Below, one piece after another: positions 20,691 through 30,306 of a stretch of DNA of 64,000 bases. Under the pieces are notes generated by a model that saw nothing but the letters and a program-made list of their open reading frames with translations, ran no database searches and was not told the origin of the DNA. This DNA comes from Cytophagales bacterium. GTDB lineage: Bacteria; Bacteroidota; Bacteroidia; Cytophagales; UBA9547. The stretch spans positions 12,896 through 76,895 of the forward strand of contig JANRIG010000014.1 in assembly GCA_033765235.1 (NCBI GenBank), written 5' to 3'. Each line of letters begins with the position of its first letter. Position 1 is the stretch's first letter. The translations under genes and the position numbers were made by a program.

Positions 20691-21527
20691 TTACGATATT
20701 TTTTTATAAATTTTATAACCGGGAGCGTAGTATTCGAAATATTGACCATATTCTTGAGGCATATTATCGAAATATCCTATAATAAAAATGCCATCATGGC
20801 TCAATGATTTGTGAAGGGAATCTAATACTTTCATTTTGAGTGAATCATTAAAATATATCATGACATTTCTGCAAAAAATAATATCAAATGTATGAGGCAT
20901 AGGGTCATACACCAAGTTGTGTTGGTACAATTCTGAGTATGTTTTTAGTGAATTTTTGATAGTGTAAGTATTGTTTTGCAGTGGTGTAAAGTATTGGTAC
21001 AAAGTACCATAAGGGTTATATTCCAAATAATTTTTATTATACACTTGCATGGCATGGTCATCATAAGTAGCTGATTTAGATATTTCTATAAATTTATTGC
21101 TAAGGTCTGTGGATATGGCTTTGCACTTGTGAAATATCCCTACTTCATGGGTCAATATAGACATAGACCATACTTCTTCTCCGGTACTGCAGCCCGAATG
21201 CCAAATTTTTATGTTATCTTTATGTGACAAAAGTGGCATATACTCGTTTTTGAGATATATCCATAGGTCTGTGTTTCTAAACATTTCTGTGAGTCCTACT
21301 GATATTTCGTCTTTGAAATCGAGCATAAAATTGTAATCAGACATGAGTTTGCGCCACAAGTCTAAAATACCATCCAGCTCAAATTTGTGTATGATGCGTG
21401 AGAGCCTTCTTTTGATAGATGAAGGCTCATATCCGCTAAAATCATAACCATACTTTGTCATGAGCACTTGATTGATGGCTATTAGCTCTTGGTCTGATAT
21501 TTCGGTGTTGTTGGTAGTACTCACCAT
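20691..21527 (-). CDS. cheR: Chemotaxis protein methyltransferase CheR
   Basis: The N-terminal helical domain is CheR-like (LMTKYGYDFSGYEPSSIKRRLSRII). It is followed by a SAM-methyltransferase core (IWHSGCSTGEEVWSMSI, IFCRNVMIYF). Confidence 0.85.
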   Translation of the reverse strand: MVSTTNNTEISDQELIAINQVLMTKYGYDFSGYEPSSIKRRLSRIIHKFELDGILDLWRKLMSDYNFMLDFKDEISVGLTEMFRNTDLWIYLKNEYMPLLSHKDNIKIWHSGCSTGEEVWSMSILTHEVGIFHKCKAISTDLSNKFIEISKSATYDDHAMQVYNKNYLEYNPYGTLYQYFTPLQNNTYTIKNSLKTYSELYQHNLVYDPMPHTFDIIFCRNVMIYFNDSLKMKVLDSLHKSLSHDGIFIIGYFDNMPQEYGQYFEYYAPGYKIYKKIS

Positions 21528-21535
21528 TATTATTA

Positions 21536-23338
21536 TTATGACAATACAGAAATTTCATTGATATTGGCAAATATTGCGTATATGGTGGATAGTGATCCGT
21601 CCATACCTTTGCCTTGCGAAAAGTGTACGAAGTATATATAAGGCAAACCATCGTTTGAAGTTAAGGTAATGCCTGTATTGTAAGGTAGATTGTGTTGCAG
21701 AGAGTCGTGCACGGCAGATAAATGAAAATTGTCATTATTACAAGGGTGTAAGAGCTCACTGAAATTTTTGTTTTTTATGTCTTTTCTTTTAAGTTTCAGA
21801 TTGTCGAGCAAGTGTTGGTTGGCAGATTTTATGGTAAAGTCAGGGTTTAGTTCTATCATTCCGAATATTTCATTTATGGCATTTAGTTTGTTTTTATATT
21901 CATTTTCAGTTTCTTTTTTTTCGGTGGTAAAGTTGGCAAACATCAATATTTTATATGGCTTATTATTAAGGTCAAAAAGTGGGTTATAGTTTATCTGCAT
22001 CCATATTTCTTTGCCGTTTTTGTCTATTTTTCTAAACTCTCCGGAGTTGAATTGGCCCATTTTAAGGCTTTGCCAAAGCATATTATGTTTTTCGGAATCT
22101 TGCTCGTCATGGGGTAAAAATATTTTTTCATTTTTGCCGATAAGTTCATCTTTTTTGTACCCGATAACCTGTGCAAACATTTCATTTACATCCAATATAT
22201 TACCGTTTAGGTCGAGGTGTACACAAGCATTGCTTTTGTTGATGGCATCGAGCATAGAATGATTTAGGTTGGTCTCGGCAGTGATTTCTCTCAATTTTTG
22301 TTGCAATGCTTCTTGAGCAGCTCTGAGTTCCTCTTCATTTTGCATGAGGGTATTTTCTTTTTCTTTGAGTGCAATGTTTATGTCTTCGGATATTTGCAAT
22401 AGCGATGACATTTTGGTTGCAGATTTTATGGTATGGAGGTTTATGGCAAAACTCTCTGCTACAGCAGATATGAGTTCTACTTTGTTTTCATCTATAATAT
22501 CAAAAGATGCTATCTCAATGGCGCCATAAGCCACATTATTTGTCATGAGTGGCACTATGAGCACACAATTGGGTGTGGCATGACCAAGGCCTGAGGTGAT
22601 GTGTACATAATTTGGAGGTATGTCTGTAAGATATATTTTGTCTTTTTCTAATATACACTGCCCTACAAGACCTTCTTTTAGTTCTATTCTTTTTTCTAAA
22701 TGCTTAACTCTATCATAAGCGTAACAGCCTGTGAGGGTTATGTGCACATCACCGGGGTCTGAGTCTTCTATGATATATATGCCTCCTTGATTGGCAGATA
22801 TATATTTTACCAATTGTGAAATGACCAATGTAGATATTTCATGAATGTGTGATTGAGAATGTGTTTGAAGCAACTGTGCAAATTTTGATTTGCCGGCCAC
22901 CAGCCATAATCTCATTTTTTCATCATTTGCCAATGTTTTGAGTTTGTGTTGCATGTCATTAATTGCTTTGAAAAGGCTGTGATTTTTCATGCTTTCGTCA
23001 ATAGTATGTGAGCTATTGTAGTTTGAGATATTATTTATCATATTTTCAGCATTTTGTATAATATAGTTGCGCTCGTATATTGACATATTTACTTGATCAT
23101 ATACATGGCTGTTCAGCTTCCCTGTATTCACAAAATTTTTTATGGGGGCAATAAAAGTATGGCTAATGATGATATATAGTATGATAAACGGCAGAGAAGA
23201 TGCTGCCACAATAGCCAACTTGGCATATATGCTTTGTATGGTGCACATATACAATACAAATATGACACCTGCAGTGATGTTTAAGAATAGTAATAACATG
23301 GCAGTGTAGTATATTCTATTTATGTATTTGTTTTTCAT
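21536..23338 (-). CDS. Membrane-anchored sensor-like protein: 2 TM helices, GAF, coiled coil, PAS, PAS-like; no recognisable output domain
   Basis: Two N-terminal hydrophobic helices are joined by a very short loop. A GAF-like block follows (GGIYIIED...LVGQCILEKDKIYLTDIP...LIVPLMTNNVAYGAIEIASF). A PAS domain (GKNEKIFLPHDE...FRKIDKNGKEIWMQINYNPLFD...KILMFANFTTEKK) is related to the PAS domains of the MCP in this operon. I saw no kinase, MCP-signalling, GGDEF/EAL or DNA-binding motifs. Confidence 0.65.
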   Translation of the reverse strand: MKNKYINRIYYTAMLLLFLNITAGVIFVLYMCTIQSIYAKLAIVAASSLPFIILYIIISHTFIAPIKNFVNTGKLNSHVYDQVNMSIYERNYIIQNAENMINNISNYNSSHTIDESMKNHSLFKAINDMQHKLKTLANDEKMRLWLVAGKSKFAQLLQTHSQSHIHEISTLVISQLVKYISANQGGIYIIEDSDPGDVHITLTGCYAYDRVKHLEKRIELKEGLVGQCILEKDKIYLTDIPPNYVHITSGLGHATPNCVLIVPLMTNNVAYGAIEIASFDIIDENKVELISAVAESFAINLHTIKSATKMSSLLQISEDINIALKEKENTLMQNEEELRAAQEALQQKLREITAETNLNHSMLDAINKSNACVHLDLNGNILDVNEMFAQVIGYKKDELIGKNEKIFLPHDEQDSEKHNMLWQSLKMGQFNSGEFRKIDKNGKEIWMQINYNPLFDLNNKPYKILMFANFTTEKKETENEYKNKLNAINEIFGMIELNPDFTIKSANQHLLDNLKLKRKDIKNKNFSELLHPCNNDNFHLSAVHDSLQHNLPYNTGITLTSNDGLPYIYFVHFSQGKGMDGSLSTIYAIFANINEISVLS

Positions 23339-23985
23339 GGCTGTTGATTTAAAGTATAATTAATAATTTTCTCATGGTTTTGTATTACAAGGTCTATAAA
23401 CTTGATATCGAATGTGAATATGAATGATGGGCTAATGGGAGCTTGCTGTATTTCAAAATTGTTTTTGTATATGAATATGATATTGTTGTAATTCATATCA
23501 TATATGATTTTTCGGTGCAGGTATTCTGTATTATTTATTTCAAGACTTGGCACATGTGCATAGCAAGCTATTTTGAATACATTGGCAAAATGAGCAATGG
23601 CAGACGCTGTGACGATATTGGCAGTTTCGAGCATTATGGCTTTTTTGAAAGTGTCATCCATACATATTTTGTCTGCAGAAAAGTATGAATAATACATGTC
23701 AGCCTCGGCACAGGGAATGGAGAAAAACGATTTGCCTGTTATTTTCCCTCTTATTTCAGATTCTATATAGTAGGTTTTGGATATGTCTTTATGAATATTT
23801 GGGAGCAATTTTTCTAAACTTATCATACTGGCTTGCCCCGGCTTTACAGGATGTTTGATGAGCTTTTGCAATGAGTCTGCTGCTTTGTGAAATGCATCGT
23901 TGATAATGGCTTCGGCGGTATCGCTCTCTGTGGGAGACATGTAGTTTTGCACTATTTGCTCGTATATATCGCTTTTAGTTGTCAT
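23335..23985 (-). CDS. CheC/CheX-family-like protein (putative CheY-P phosphatase)
   Basis: It contains LETANIVTASAIAHFANVFKIACYAHVP, which is E-x2-N-x22-P, the core of the CheC/CheX/FliY active-site motif. The upstream D/S position is Ala. A looser N-terminal site is SDTAEAIIND. It is embedded between cheA and the GAF-PAS gene with overlapping stop/start codons. Confidence 0.5.
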   Translation of the reverse strand: MTTKSDIYEQIVQNYMSPTESDTAEAIINDAFHKAADSLQKLIKHPVKPGQASMISLEKLLPNIHKDISKTYYIESEIRGKITGKSFFSIPCAEADMYYSYFSADKICMDDTFKKAIMLETANIVTASAIAHFANVFKIACYAHVPSLEINNTEYLHRKIIYDMNYNNIIFIYKNNFEIQQAPISPSFIFTFDIKFIDLVIQNHEKIINYTLNQQP

Positions 23986-25780
23986 TGTATTGAAGTTTTG
24001 ATACTTTGAATAATTCTGTGATTACAGACGGGATATCTAATACCAAGCATACATTTCCATTGCCCAGTATGGTGGCACCACTGATGAATTTAATATTTTC
24101 GAGTGGTTTCTCGAGTGGTTTTTCTACAATCTCTTTTTGCTGAAGCAGCCTATCTACCACAAATCCTACATCTTTGCCCCCATAAGACACAATGATGACA
24201 TAAAGTCTGTCATATGCGTCTAATTTGTCAAATGTATGTTGGAGTGCTTGCTTGTATGAGTTGTCGCGGTCATGAAATATGTCTGACAAGAACACGATGC
24301 TGATATTTTTGTTGAGATAGGTAGCTATCAATCCTTTGTTTATTTTATGAATATCTTTTTTTTGCAGCTGTATCACCGCTTCTGTGTAGGTGAGCGGTAT
24401 TGCAAACTCATTGTTGTCAAGCTCAAATAATAATGCAGCTTTCAATGCCATAGAAGAGGGTAGCGATAGCTCTATTGTAGTGCCTGCATTCACTTCTGTA
24501 GTTATTTTCACTTTTGCACCTATGGCATCCATACTTTTTTTGACCACATCCATTCCCACACCTCTTCCTGATACTGACGTTATTTTGTCGCTCGACGAAA
24601 ATCCGGGTTCAAATACAAGGTTGATAATCTGGTCTTTGGTCATTTTGCTTGCAAAATCTGCATTTATTATCCCCTTTTCTATAGCTTTAGATTTGATAAT
24701 GTCATGATTAATGCCTTTGCCGTCATCAGTAATTTTGATGACAATAGTTTCTTTTTCGCTGGTAGCACTTATAGTGAGGCTGCCAATTTCATTTTTGCCG
24801 AGTGCAAGTCTTTGAGCAGGACTTTCTATTCCATGGCTTATAGCGTTTCTTACTATGTGCACCAATGAGTCTGATATGATCTGGAGCACATTTCTGTCTA
24901 TTTCTGTTTCTGCTCCCTCTATTATTAGATTTACTCTCTTGTCTTCAATCACAGCGGTGTCTCTCACTACCCTGTGTATTTTGTTGAAAAGTATATTGAG
25001 TTGTACAAGCCTCACATTCATGACCGAATATTGCAGCTCTGAGGTGATACGCATAAGCCTTGAAAATTCATTTTTGCGACCTGTACTTTGCACAGAAGTG
25101 ATTACTCTGTCGCGCTCTATGAGCAGCTCGCCTACCAAGTTCATGAGGTTGTCTAATTTTTTTACGGGTATTTGTATGATATCCGAAAAAGTGAGTTTGT
25201 TTTCTGTGCCATCAACAAGGTCATTGCTTATTATATCTTCACTCAAGTTGGTGTCCGGCAATGGATCTGTAATTTTATTTTTAGGCGTATCATCATCATT
25301 TGTCAAATCAGGTTTGTTATTTATTTCAATATTTTGATTTAACACTTTTTCGCCGGCAGATTTTATCTTTTGGCTCGGTATAGAGCCGTAGCCTTCTTTT
25401 GAATTTCTGATAAGTACTTCGAGTTTGGTTTTTAGGCCTTTGTATTTTACTTGCTCAGGTTTGGCAGATTTTATATTTTGAATCATGCTCACCAATAAAT
25501 CGTTTGCTTTGAAAAGGTCGTTGAATATTTTTTCTTCTATCACTATACTTCCTTTTCTTATTTCGGCAAATATATCTTCCATTACATGGGCCATGTCTGC
25601 TATGTGGTGGTAGCCCATGGCAGATGCATTGGCTTTGATGGTATGGGTTATTCTGAATATGTTATCTATGGCTTTTTTGTCTGAGTGTGATTTTTCGAGC
25701 TTGGCAAACAGCATATTGAGCTCCTCAGATCCTTCGGAGGCTTCGGCTACAAATAGTTCTTTTAGTTCGTCGTCTTTCAT
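23975..25780 (-). CDS. cheA: Chemotaxis histidine kinase CheA
   Basis: It has an Hpt domain (FRITHTIKANASAMGY) and a low-complexity linker. The dimerisation/HATPase core shows HIVRNAISHGIE, DDGKGIN and GRGVGMDVV. A C-terminal CheW-like domain is present. Confidence 0.9.
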   Translation of the reverse strand: MKDDELKELFVAEASEGSEELNMLFAKLEKSHSDKKAIDNIFRITHTIKANASAMGYHHIADMAHVMEDIFAEIRKGSIVIEEKIFNDLFKANDLLVSMIQNIKSAKPEQVKYKGLKTKLEVLIRNSKEGYGSIPSQKIKSAGEKVLNQNIEINNKPDLTNDDDTPKNKITDPLPDTNLSEDIISNDLVDGTENKLTFSDIIQIPVKKLDNLMNLVGELLIERDRVITSVQSTGRKNEFSRLMRITSELQYSVMNVRLVQLNILFNKIHRVVRDTAVIEDKRVNLIIEGAETEIDRNVLQIISDSLVHIVRNAISHGIESPAQRLALGKNEIGSLTISATSEKETIVIKITDDGKGINHDIIKSKAIEKGIINADFASKMTKDQIINLVFEPGFSSSDKITSVSGRGVGMDVVKKSMDAIGAKVKITTEVNAGTTIELSLPSSMALKAALLFELDNNEFAIPLTYTEAVIQLQKKDIHKINKGLIATYLNKNISIVFLSDIFHDRDNSYKQALQHTFDKLDAYDRLYVIIVSYGGKDVGFVVDRLLQQKEIVEKPLEKPLENIKFISGATILGNGNVCLVLDIPSVITELFKVSKLQYNDN

Positions 25781-25787
25781 AATATTA

Positions 25788-26822
25788 TTAATCTAAGCAT
25801 CCTACAATATATGCGGGTATATCTTTGAGGTCGAGTATTTGTGATACAGCATTCATCTCTACAGCTGCTTTGGGCATGCCCCACACTATGCTGGAGAGTT
25901 CGTTTTGAGCTATAGTCATGCTACCTTGCCTATGCATTTTGAGCATACCTGATGCTCCGTCTTTGCCCATTCCTGTGAGCAATATGCCTATACTTCTTTG
26001 TTTATACACCTCTGATATAGAGGTGAATATGCCATCTACTGATGGGTGATTAAACTCTTTGTATGTATTGTCATCACATTTGAACAAATATTTTTCATTG
26101 AGTTTAGTGATTTTCATATTACAATCACCGGGCATGAAATATGCTGTATTGGCCTTGAGTACTTCGTCCGGGGCAGCTATCTTCACATCAAATGGTGAAA
26201 TGGCGTGAAGCCTTGATGCAAATGACTTAATAAACTCATTGGGCATGTGCTGTGCTATTACTATGGTAATGGGCAAATTTTGTGGAAGGTTGACCAATAT
26301 ATATTCTATAGCACCGGTGCCTCCCGTAGATGAGCCAATGGCTACTATATCATACGGACAAGTGTTTGAAAATGTATGGGTTAAATTATTCTTTTGTAAA
26401 TATTTTTTGTGTTTTAATATATCTATTTCAGATGCTTGTTTTATTTTTTGTAAAATTTGGGATTCAAGTTCTCTTATTTTTGAGTTTATGAGTCCAAGTG
26501 GTTTGTCTATGAAGTCTATAGCCCCTTCATTGAGTGCTTCTATGGCAGAGTCGGGGTTTGTGGCTCTCAGGCTGCTCAGTATCACTATAGGTGTAGGGTT
26601 TTCAGACATTATTTTTTTGATGGCATACAGCCCGTCATAGTCTTTCATGATGAGGTCAAGCAGGACTACATCAGGCTTGAGTAATTTTGATTTTTCAAAT
26701 GCTTCTTTTCCATCTTTGGCTGTGTCTGCTACGGTAAATTGGTTGCTGTGCATAATCATGTCGCTGAGTATCATTCTCATGAAGCCTGAGTCATCCACTA
26801 TGAGTACTGACACTTGTTTCAT
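25788..26822 (-). CDS. cheB: Protein-glutamate methylesterase CheB (REC plus methylesterase)
   Basis: The REC domain shows VLIVDDS...VVLLDLIM. The CheB catalytic domain shows IGSSTGG, AQHMP and LTGMGKDG. Confidence 0.9.
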   Translation of the reverse strand: MKQVSVLIVDDSGFMRMILSDMIMHSNQFTVADTAKDGKEAFEKSKLLKPDVVLLDLIMKDYDGLYAIKKIMSENPTPIVILSSLRATNPDSAIEALNEGAIDFIDKPLGLINSKIRELESQILQKIKQASEIDILKHKKYLQKNNLTHTFSNTCPYDIVAIGSSTGGTGAIEYILVNLPQNLPITIVIAQHMPNEFIKSFASRLHAISPFDVKIAAPDEVLKANTAYFMPGDCNMKITKLNEKYLFKCDDNTYKEFNHPSVDGIFTSISEVYKQRSIGILLTGMGKDGASGMLKMHRQGSMTIAQNELSSIVWGMPKAAVEMNAVSQILDLKDIPAYIVGCLD

Positions 26823-26839
26823 AATATTTTTAATGTTTT

Positions 26840-27202
26840 TTAGACCAAGGCATTTTTTACCACACTTATCAATTGCTCAGAGGTAAATGGTTTTATGATA
26901 TAGTGGCTGGCACCGCGTTTTATGCCTTCTTCTACTACAGACTCTTGACCTACAGCACTTATCATCACTACTTTGGACTCTATCTCTTCTTCTTTGAGTA
27001 CATTGAGTATGTCTAAGCCGAGCATATCGGGCAGTATATTGTCGAGGGTGATGAGGTCAGGTTGCATCTCTATGGCCATGTCTATGGCAGATTCGCCATT
27101 GCCTGCCATACCTACTACTTGATATCCTGCCTCTAATAGGGTGTCTCTGATGATGGTGCGCATATACAGCGAGTCATCTACTACAAGTACTTTTTTTGCC
27201 AT
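26840..27202 (-). CDS. cheY: Single-domain response regulator CheY
   Basis: This is a 120 aa REC-only protein (KVLVVDDS, LITLDNILPDM, ISAVG, YIIKPF) located between cheW and cheB. Confidence 0.9.
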   Translation of the reverse strand: MAKKVLVVDDSLYMRTIIRDTLLEAGYQVVGMAGNGESAIDMAIEMQPDLITLDNILPDMLGLDILNVLKEEEIESKVVMISAVGQESVVEEGIKRGASHYIIKPFTSEQLISVVKNALV

Positions 27203-27243
27203 AATAATATTGTTTTGCGAGTTGTTAAATTTAATATTCTACC

Positions 27244-27768
27244 TTACATCAATGTGCTCACTTCTTCTTTTTTGATTAATCTATATATATCAATGAGTAT
27301 TATCAACCTGTTTTGTTTTTTTACTATACCAAGTATGTAGCCACTATCTATAGATGTGCCTTGTATGATATTTGGTGTATTATCTATGTCTTTTTCTGAG
27401 ATTGCCAGTGTATTGGGCACTTCTCTCACAAGTATGCCCATTTTCACCTCATTGCTTTCTACCACCAAGGTGTAATTTTGAATAGAGGTATTGGCAGTAT
27501 CTTTTTCTAAAGCTAAGCCTAATCTTTCTTCAGGGTCTATGATAGACAAAATATTGCCTCTGATATTGGCCACCCCTTTGATATAGCGCGGAGCCAAGGG
27601 CACTTTGGTGATATTGGGAGTGATAACAACCTCTTTTATCTGGTCTATCATCAGGCCATATTCTTCGTTTCCAAGTTTAAAGACTATTACCTGCGATGTT
27701 TTCAGATTGCTTTGGGCTATATCTTCCATGCTTTTTTCTTGCGATATGCTTTTTACTGCGCTTTGCAT
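27244..27768 (-). CDS. cheW: Chemotaxis coupling protein CheW
   Basis: This is a 174 aa single CheW-like domain (VIVFKLGNEEYGLMIDQIKEV...GVANIRGNILSIIDP...LIILIDI). Confidence 0.85.
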   Translation of the reverse strand: MQSAVKSISQEKSMEDIAQSNLKTSQVIVFKLGNEEYGLMIDQIKEVVITPNITKVPLAPRYIKGVANIRGNILSIIDPEERLGLALEKDTANTSIQNYTLVVESNEVKMGILVREVPNTLAISEKDIDNTPNIIQGTSIDSGYILGIVKKQNRLIILIDIYRLIKKEEVSTLM

Positions 27769-27775
27769 AGTTATA

Positions 27776-29965
27776 TTAGTTATTGCTCAATTTGAACTGG
27801 TCTATTCCTTTTTTCAATTCTTCGGCTACTTTTGACAGGTTATCGCCTGTTTGAGCTATTTCATCCATAGATTTGTTGAGCTCAATGGAGCTATTTGCAA
27901 CTTCTTGTGTGCCTGATGCCACCTCTTCGGCTACTACTACTATTTTTTCAATATTTTTTACTACAGTGCCTATGCCTTCTTTTTGTGAAGTGGTGCCTGC
28001 CAATATTTCTTTGGAAAGGCTAAATGTTTCGGTACTGGAGGAATATATAACATTGAAAACCTCTTCAGCAGATTTTGATGCTTGTGAGCCCGACTCTACA
28101 CTGTTTTTCATTTTGTCTATTGCCTTATTTGCAGATTGGATATCTTTTTGCACATCTTTTATTACTTTATCTATGTCCACAGCAGATTTGCGGGAGTCTT
28201 CGGCAAGTTTTCTTATTTCTTCTGCCACCACCGCAAATCCTCTGCCAGCATCGCCCGCTCTGGCAGCCTCTATGGCGGCATTGAGTGCAAGCAGGTTGGT
28301 TTGAGAGGCTATGTCGGTGATTACGTTGAGTGTCCGAGATATTTCTTCACTTCTATTGGTAAGTACTTCTATAGAGTTGGAGGTGATGTCTGCAGAGCCC
28401 GATATGCCATTCATATTATCTACTACTTGCTTTATGATTTTCATGCCATTTTGGCAACTTTCTTGTCCTTTTTCGGCAGAAGTATTTATGATTTCGGCTT
28501 TTTTGCCTACTTCATTAGAAGACCTGAGTATGGTTTCTACCAGTTTTGATGATTCATCTGTACGCGTAGCCTGGTCTTGTGCACCTGAAGCCATTTGTTG
28601 TATGGCTGATGCTACCTCTTTAGTGCTTTTTTTGGCACTTTCAGTGCGATTATTCATTTGTACTGATGAGGTAGCTATGGTATAAGAGCTTTTTTCTATC
28701 TCTTTCATGAGCTTATTCAAGTTTTTCAAGGCTATATTGAGTGCATCTGCCATGTCTTTTATGTCTCCTTTCGCTTGCATTTTAAAGCTTTGAGTAAGGT
28801 CTCCCATTGATATTGCAGTAATTATTCTGTTTATTTCCAACACAGGTTCAGATATGTTGATTAATAATATATTTATAGCATCGCCGAGTGATTTCCATTG
28901 CCCTTCAAACTTGTCTGTGACTAGTCTTTCTCTTAGTTGACCTTCTGCCCCTGCCTTATTTACTATATTGTTAATATCGCCTACTATGCCCTTTATGGTA
29001 TCGCGCAGTGCCAATAAATCATTGGTTACCGTTAATATATCACCACTCAGTTTTACACCTTTTATATTCATGGCAGCATCAAAATTGCCTTTAGATATTT
29101 CGCTTATGAAGTTGCTGGCAGCATTAAATCCTATAGTAAACTCAGTGACGTCTGTTGCAAATTTTATCACTTTCACCACTTTGTTATTATGGTCAAGTAT
29201 AGGGTTGTACGATGCCTGTATATATATTTCTTTGCCGTTTTTTCCTATTCTTTTGTAGGTAGCAGCTTCATACTCGCCTCTGTTTAGCTTTTCCCAAAAC
29301 ATTTTGTATTCATTAGAGTTTGTATAAGCTGGTTCACAAAACATCCGATGATGCTTTCCTTTTATCTCCTCTATTGTATATCCTACGGTGTTTACAAATA
29401 GCTCATTGGCTGTGATAATGGTGCCGTCCATGTTAAACTCTATGATGGCTGTAGATTTGCTGATGGCATTTATTTGTCCTATGTTAAGTGCGTTTTGCAT
29501 CATTTGTGCAGTGACGTCTGTAGCAAATTTTATCACTTTCACTACTTTGTTATTATGGTCAAGTATGGGGTTGTACGATGCTTGTATGTATATTTCTTTA
29601 CCGTTTTTGCCTATTCGTTTATAGGTAGCAGCATCATATTCGCCACGGTTGAGTTTTTCCCAAAACATTTTGTATTCATTAGAGTTTGCATACGCTTGCT
29701 CACAAAACATGCGGTGATGCTTTCCTTGTATTTCTGCCAAGGTGTACCCTATGGCCTTAAGAAATAAATCATTGGCAGTACTCACAGTACCGTCAGGATA
29801 AAACTCTATTACTGCTGTTGACTTATTAATAGCGTCTAATTTTGCTTGCATCTCTGACATTAATATACTTTGTCGGTCAGAAGTTTCTCTTTTTGCAATA
29901 TCTGTTTCTGTCGTTTTTGTCACGGTGCCGTTTGACGGTTCAATGTCTTTATAATTATTTTTCAT
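27776..29965 (-). CDS. Soluble methyl-accepting chemotaxis protein with two tandem PAS domains, HAMP and an MCP signalling domain
   Basis: No hydrophobic TM segment is present. Two PAS repeats lie 122 aa apart. There is a HAMP-like segment. The canonical hairpin tip is [40 protein letters not shown]. Confidence 0.9.
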   Translation of the reverse strand: MKNNYKDIEPSNGTVTKTTETDIAKRETSDRQSILMSEMQAKLDAINKSTAVIEFYPDGTVSTANDLFLKAIGYTLAEIQGKHHRMFCEQAYANSNEYKMFWEKLNRGEYDAATYKRIGKNGKEIYIQASYNPILDHNNKVVKVIKFATDVTAQMMQNALNIGQINAISKSTAIIEFNMDGTIITANELFVNTVGYTIEEIKGKHHRMFCEPAYTNSNEYKMFWEKLNRGEYEAATYKRIGKNGKEIYIQASYNPILDHNNKVVKVIKFATDVTEFTIGFNAASNFISEISKGNFDAAMNIKGVKLSGDILTVTNDLLALRDTIKGIVGDINNIVNKAGAEGQLRERLVTDKFEGQWKSLGDAINILLINISEPVLEINRIITAISMGDLTQSFKMQAKGDIKDMADALNIALKNLNKLMKEIEKSSYTIATSSVQMNNRTESAKKSTKEVASAIQQMASGAQDQATRTDESSKLVETILRSSNEVGKKAEIINTSAEKGQESCQNGMKIIKQVVDNMNGISGSADITSNSIEVLTNRSEEISRTLNVITDIASQTNLLALNAAIEAARAGDAGRGFAVVAEEIRKLAEDSRKSAVDIDKVIKDVQKDIQSANKAIDKMKNSVESGSQASKSAEEVFNVIYSSSTETFSLSKEILAGTTSQKEGIGTVVKNIEKIVVVAEEVASGTQEVANSSIELNKSMDEIAQTGDNLSKVAEELKKGIDQFKLSNN

Positions 29966-30306
29966 ATGAACTTATTTTTTTGTGTATATACGCTATATTA
30001 ATGTGAAAGTAACTGTTATTTGTGTGAAAAATTTTTATTAAAAAATGCATGAATTGTACTTTTACAACATAATAATAAGAATTTGTATACAAAATGTTGA
30101 TAATCAAAAAATAAAAAATCTAATAAATATGACTATTTATATGTAAAATATACACTAATTTCTCTTGATTTTATATTTATTACATGCTATAACATATTAA
30201 AATAATAATTTATTTTTCGAATTCAAACAAATTTCATTTATTGGGGTCATAATAATGTGCGGTCGTCCTATCGTACTAAAATATTTATAAACTAATGTTA
30301 TAATAT

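Noticed and set aside
21729-29767. Plus-strand ORFs of 60-160 aa within the che operon (e.g. 24855-25337, 26239-26640, 27873-28304, 28136-28549).
   Set aside because: They lie antisense to well-supported che genes. Their translations are Ser/Leu/Phe/Ile-rich with no motifs. They are treated as shadow ORFs.
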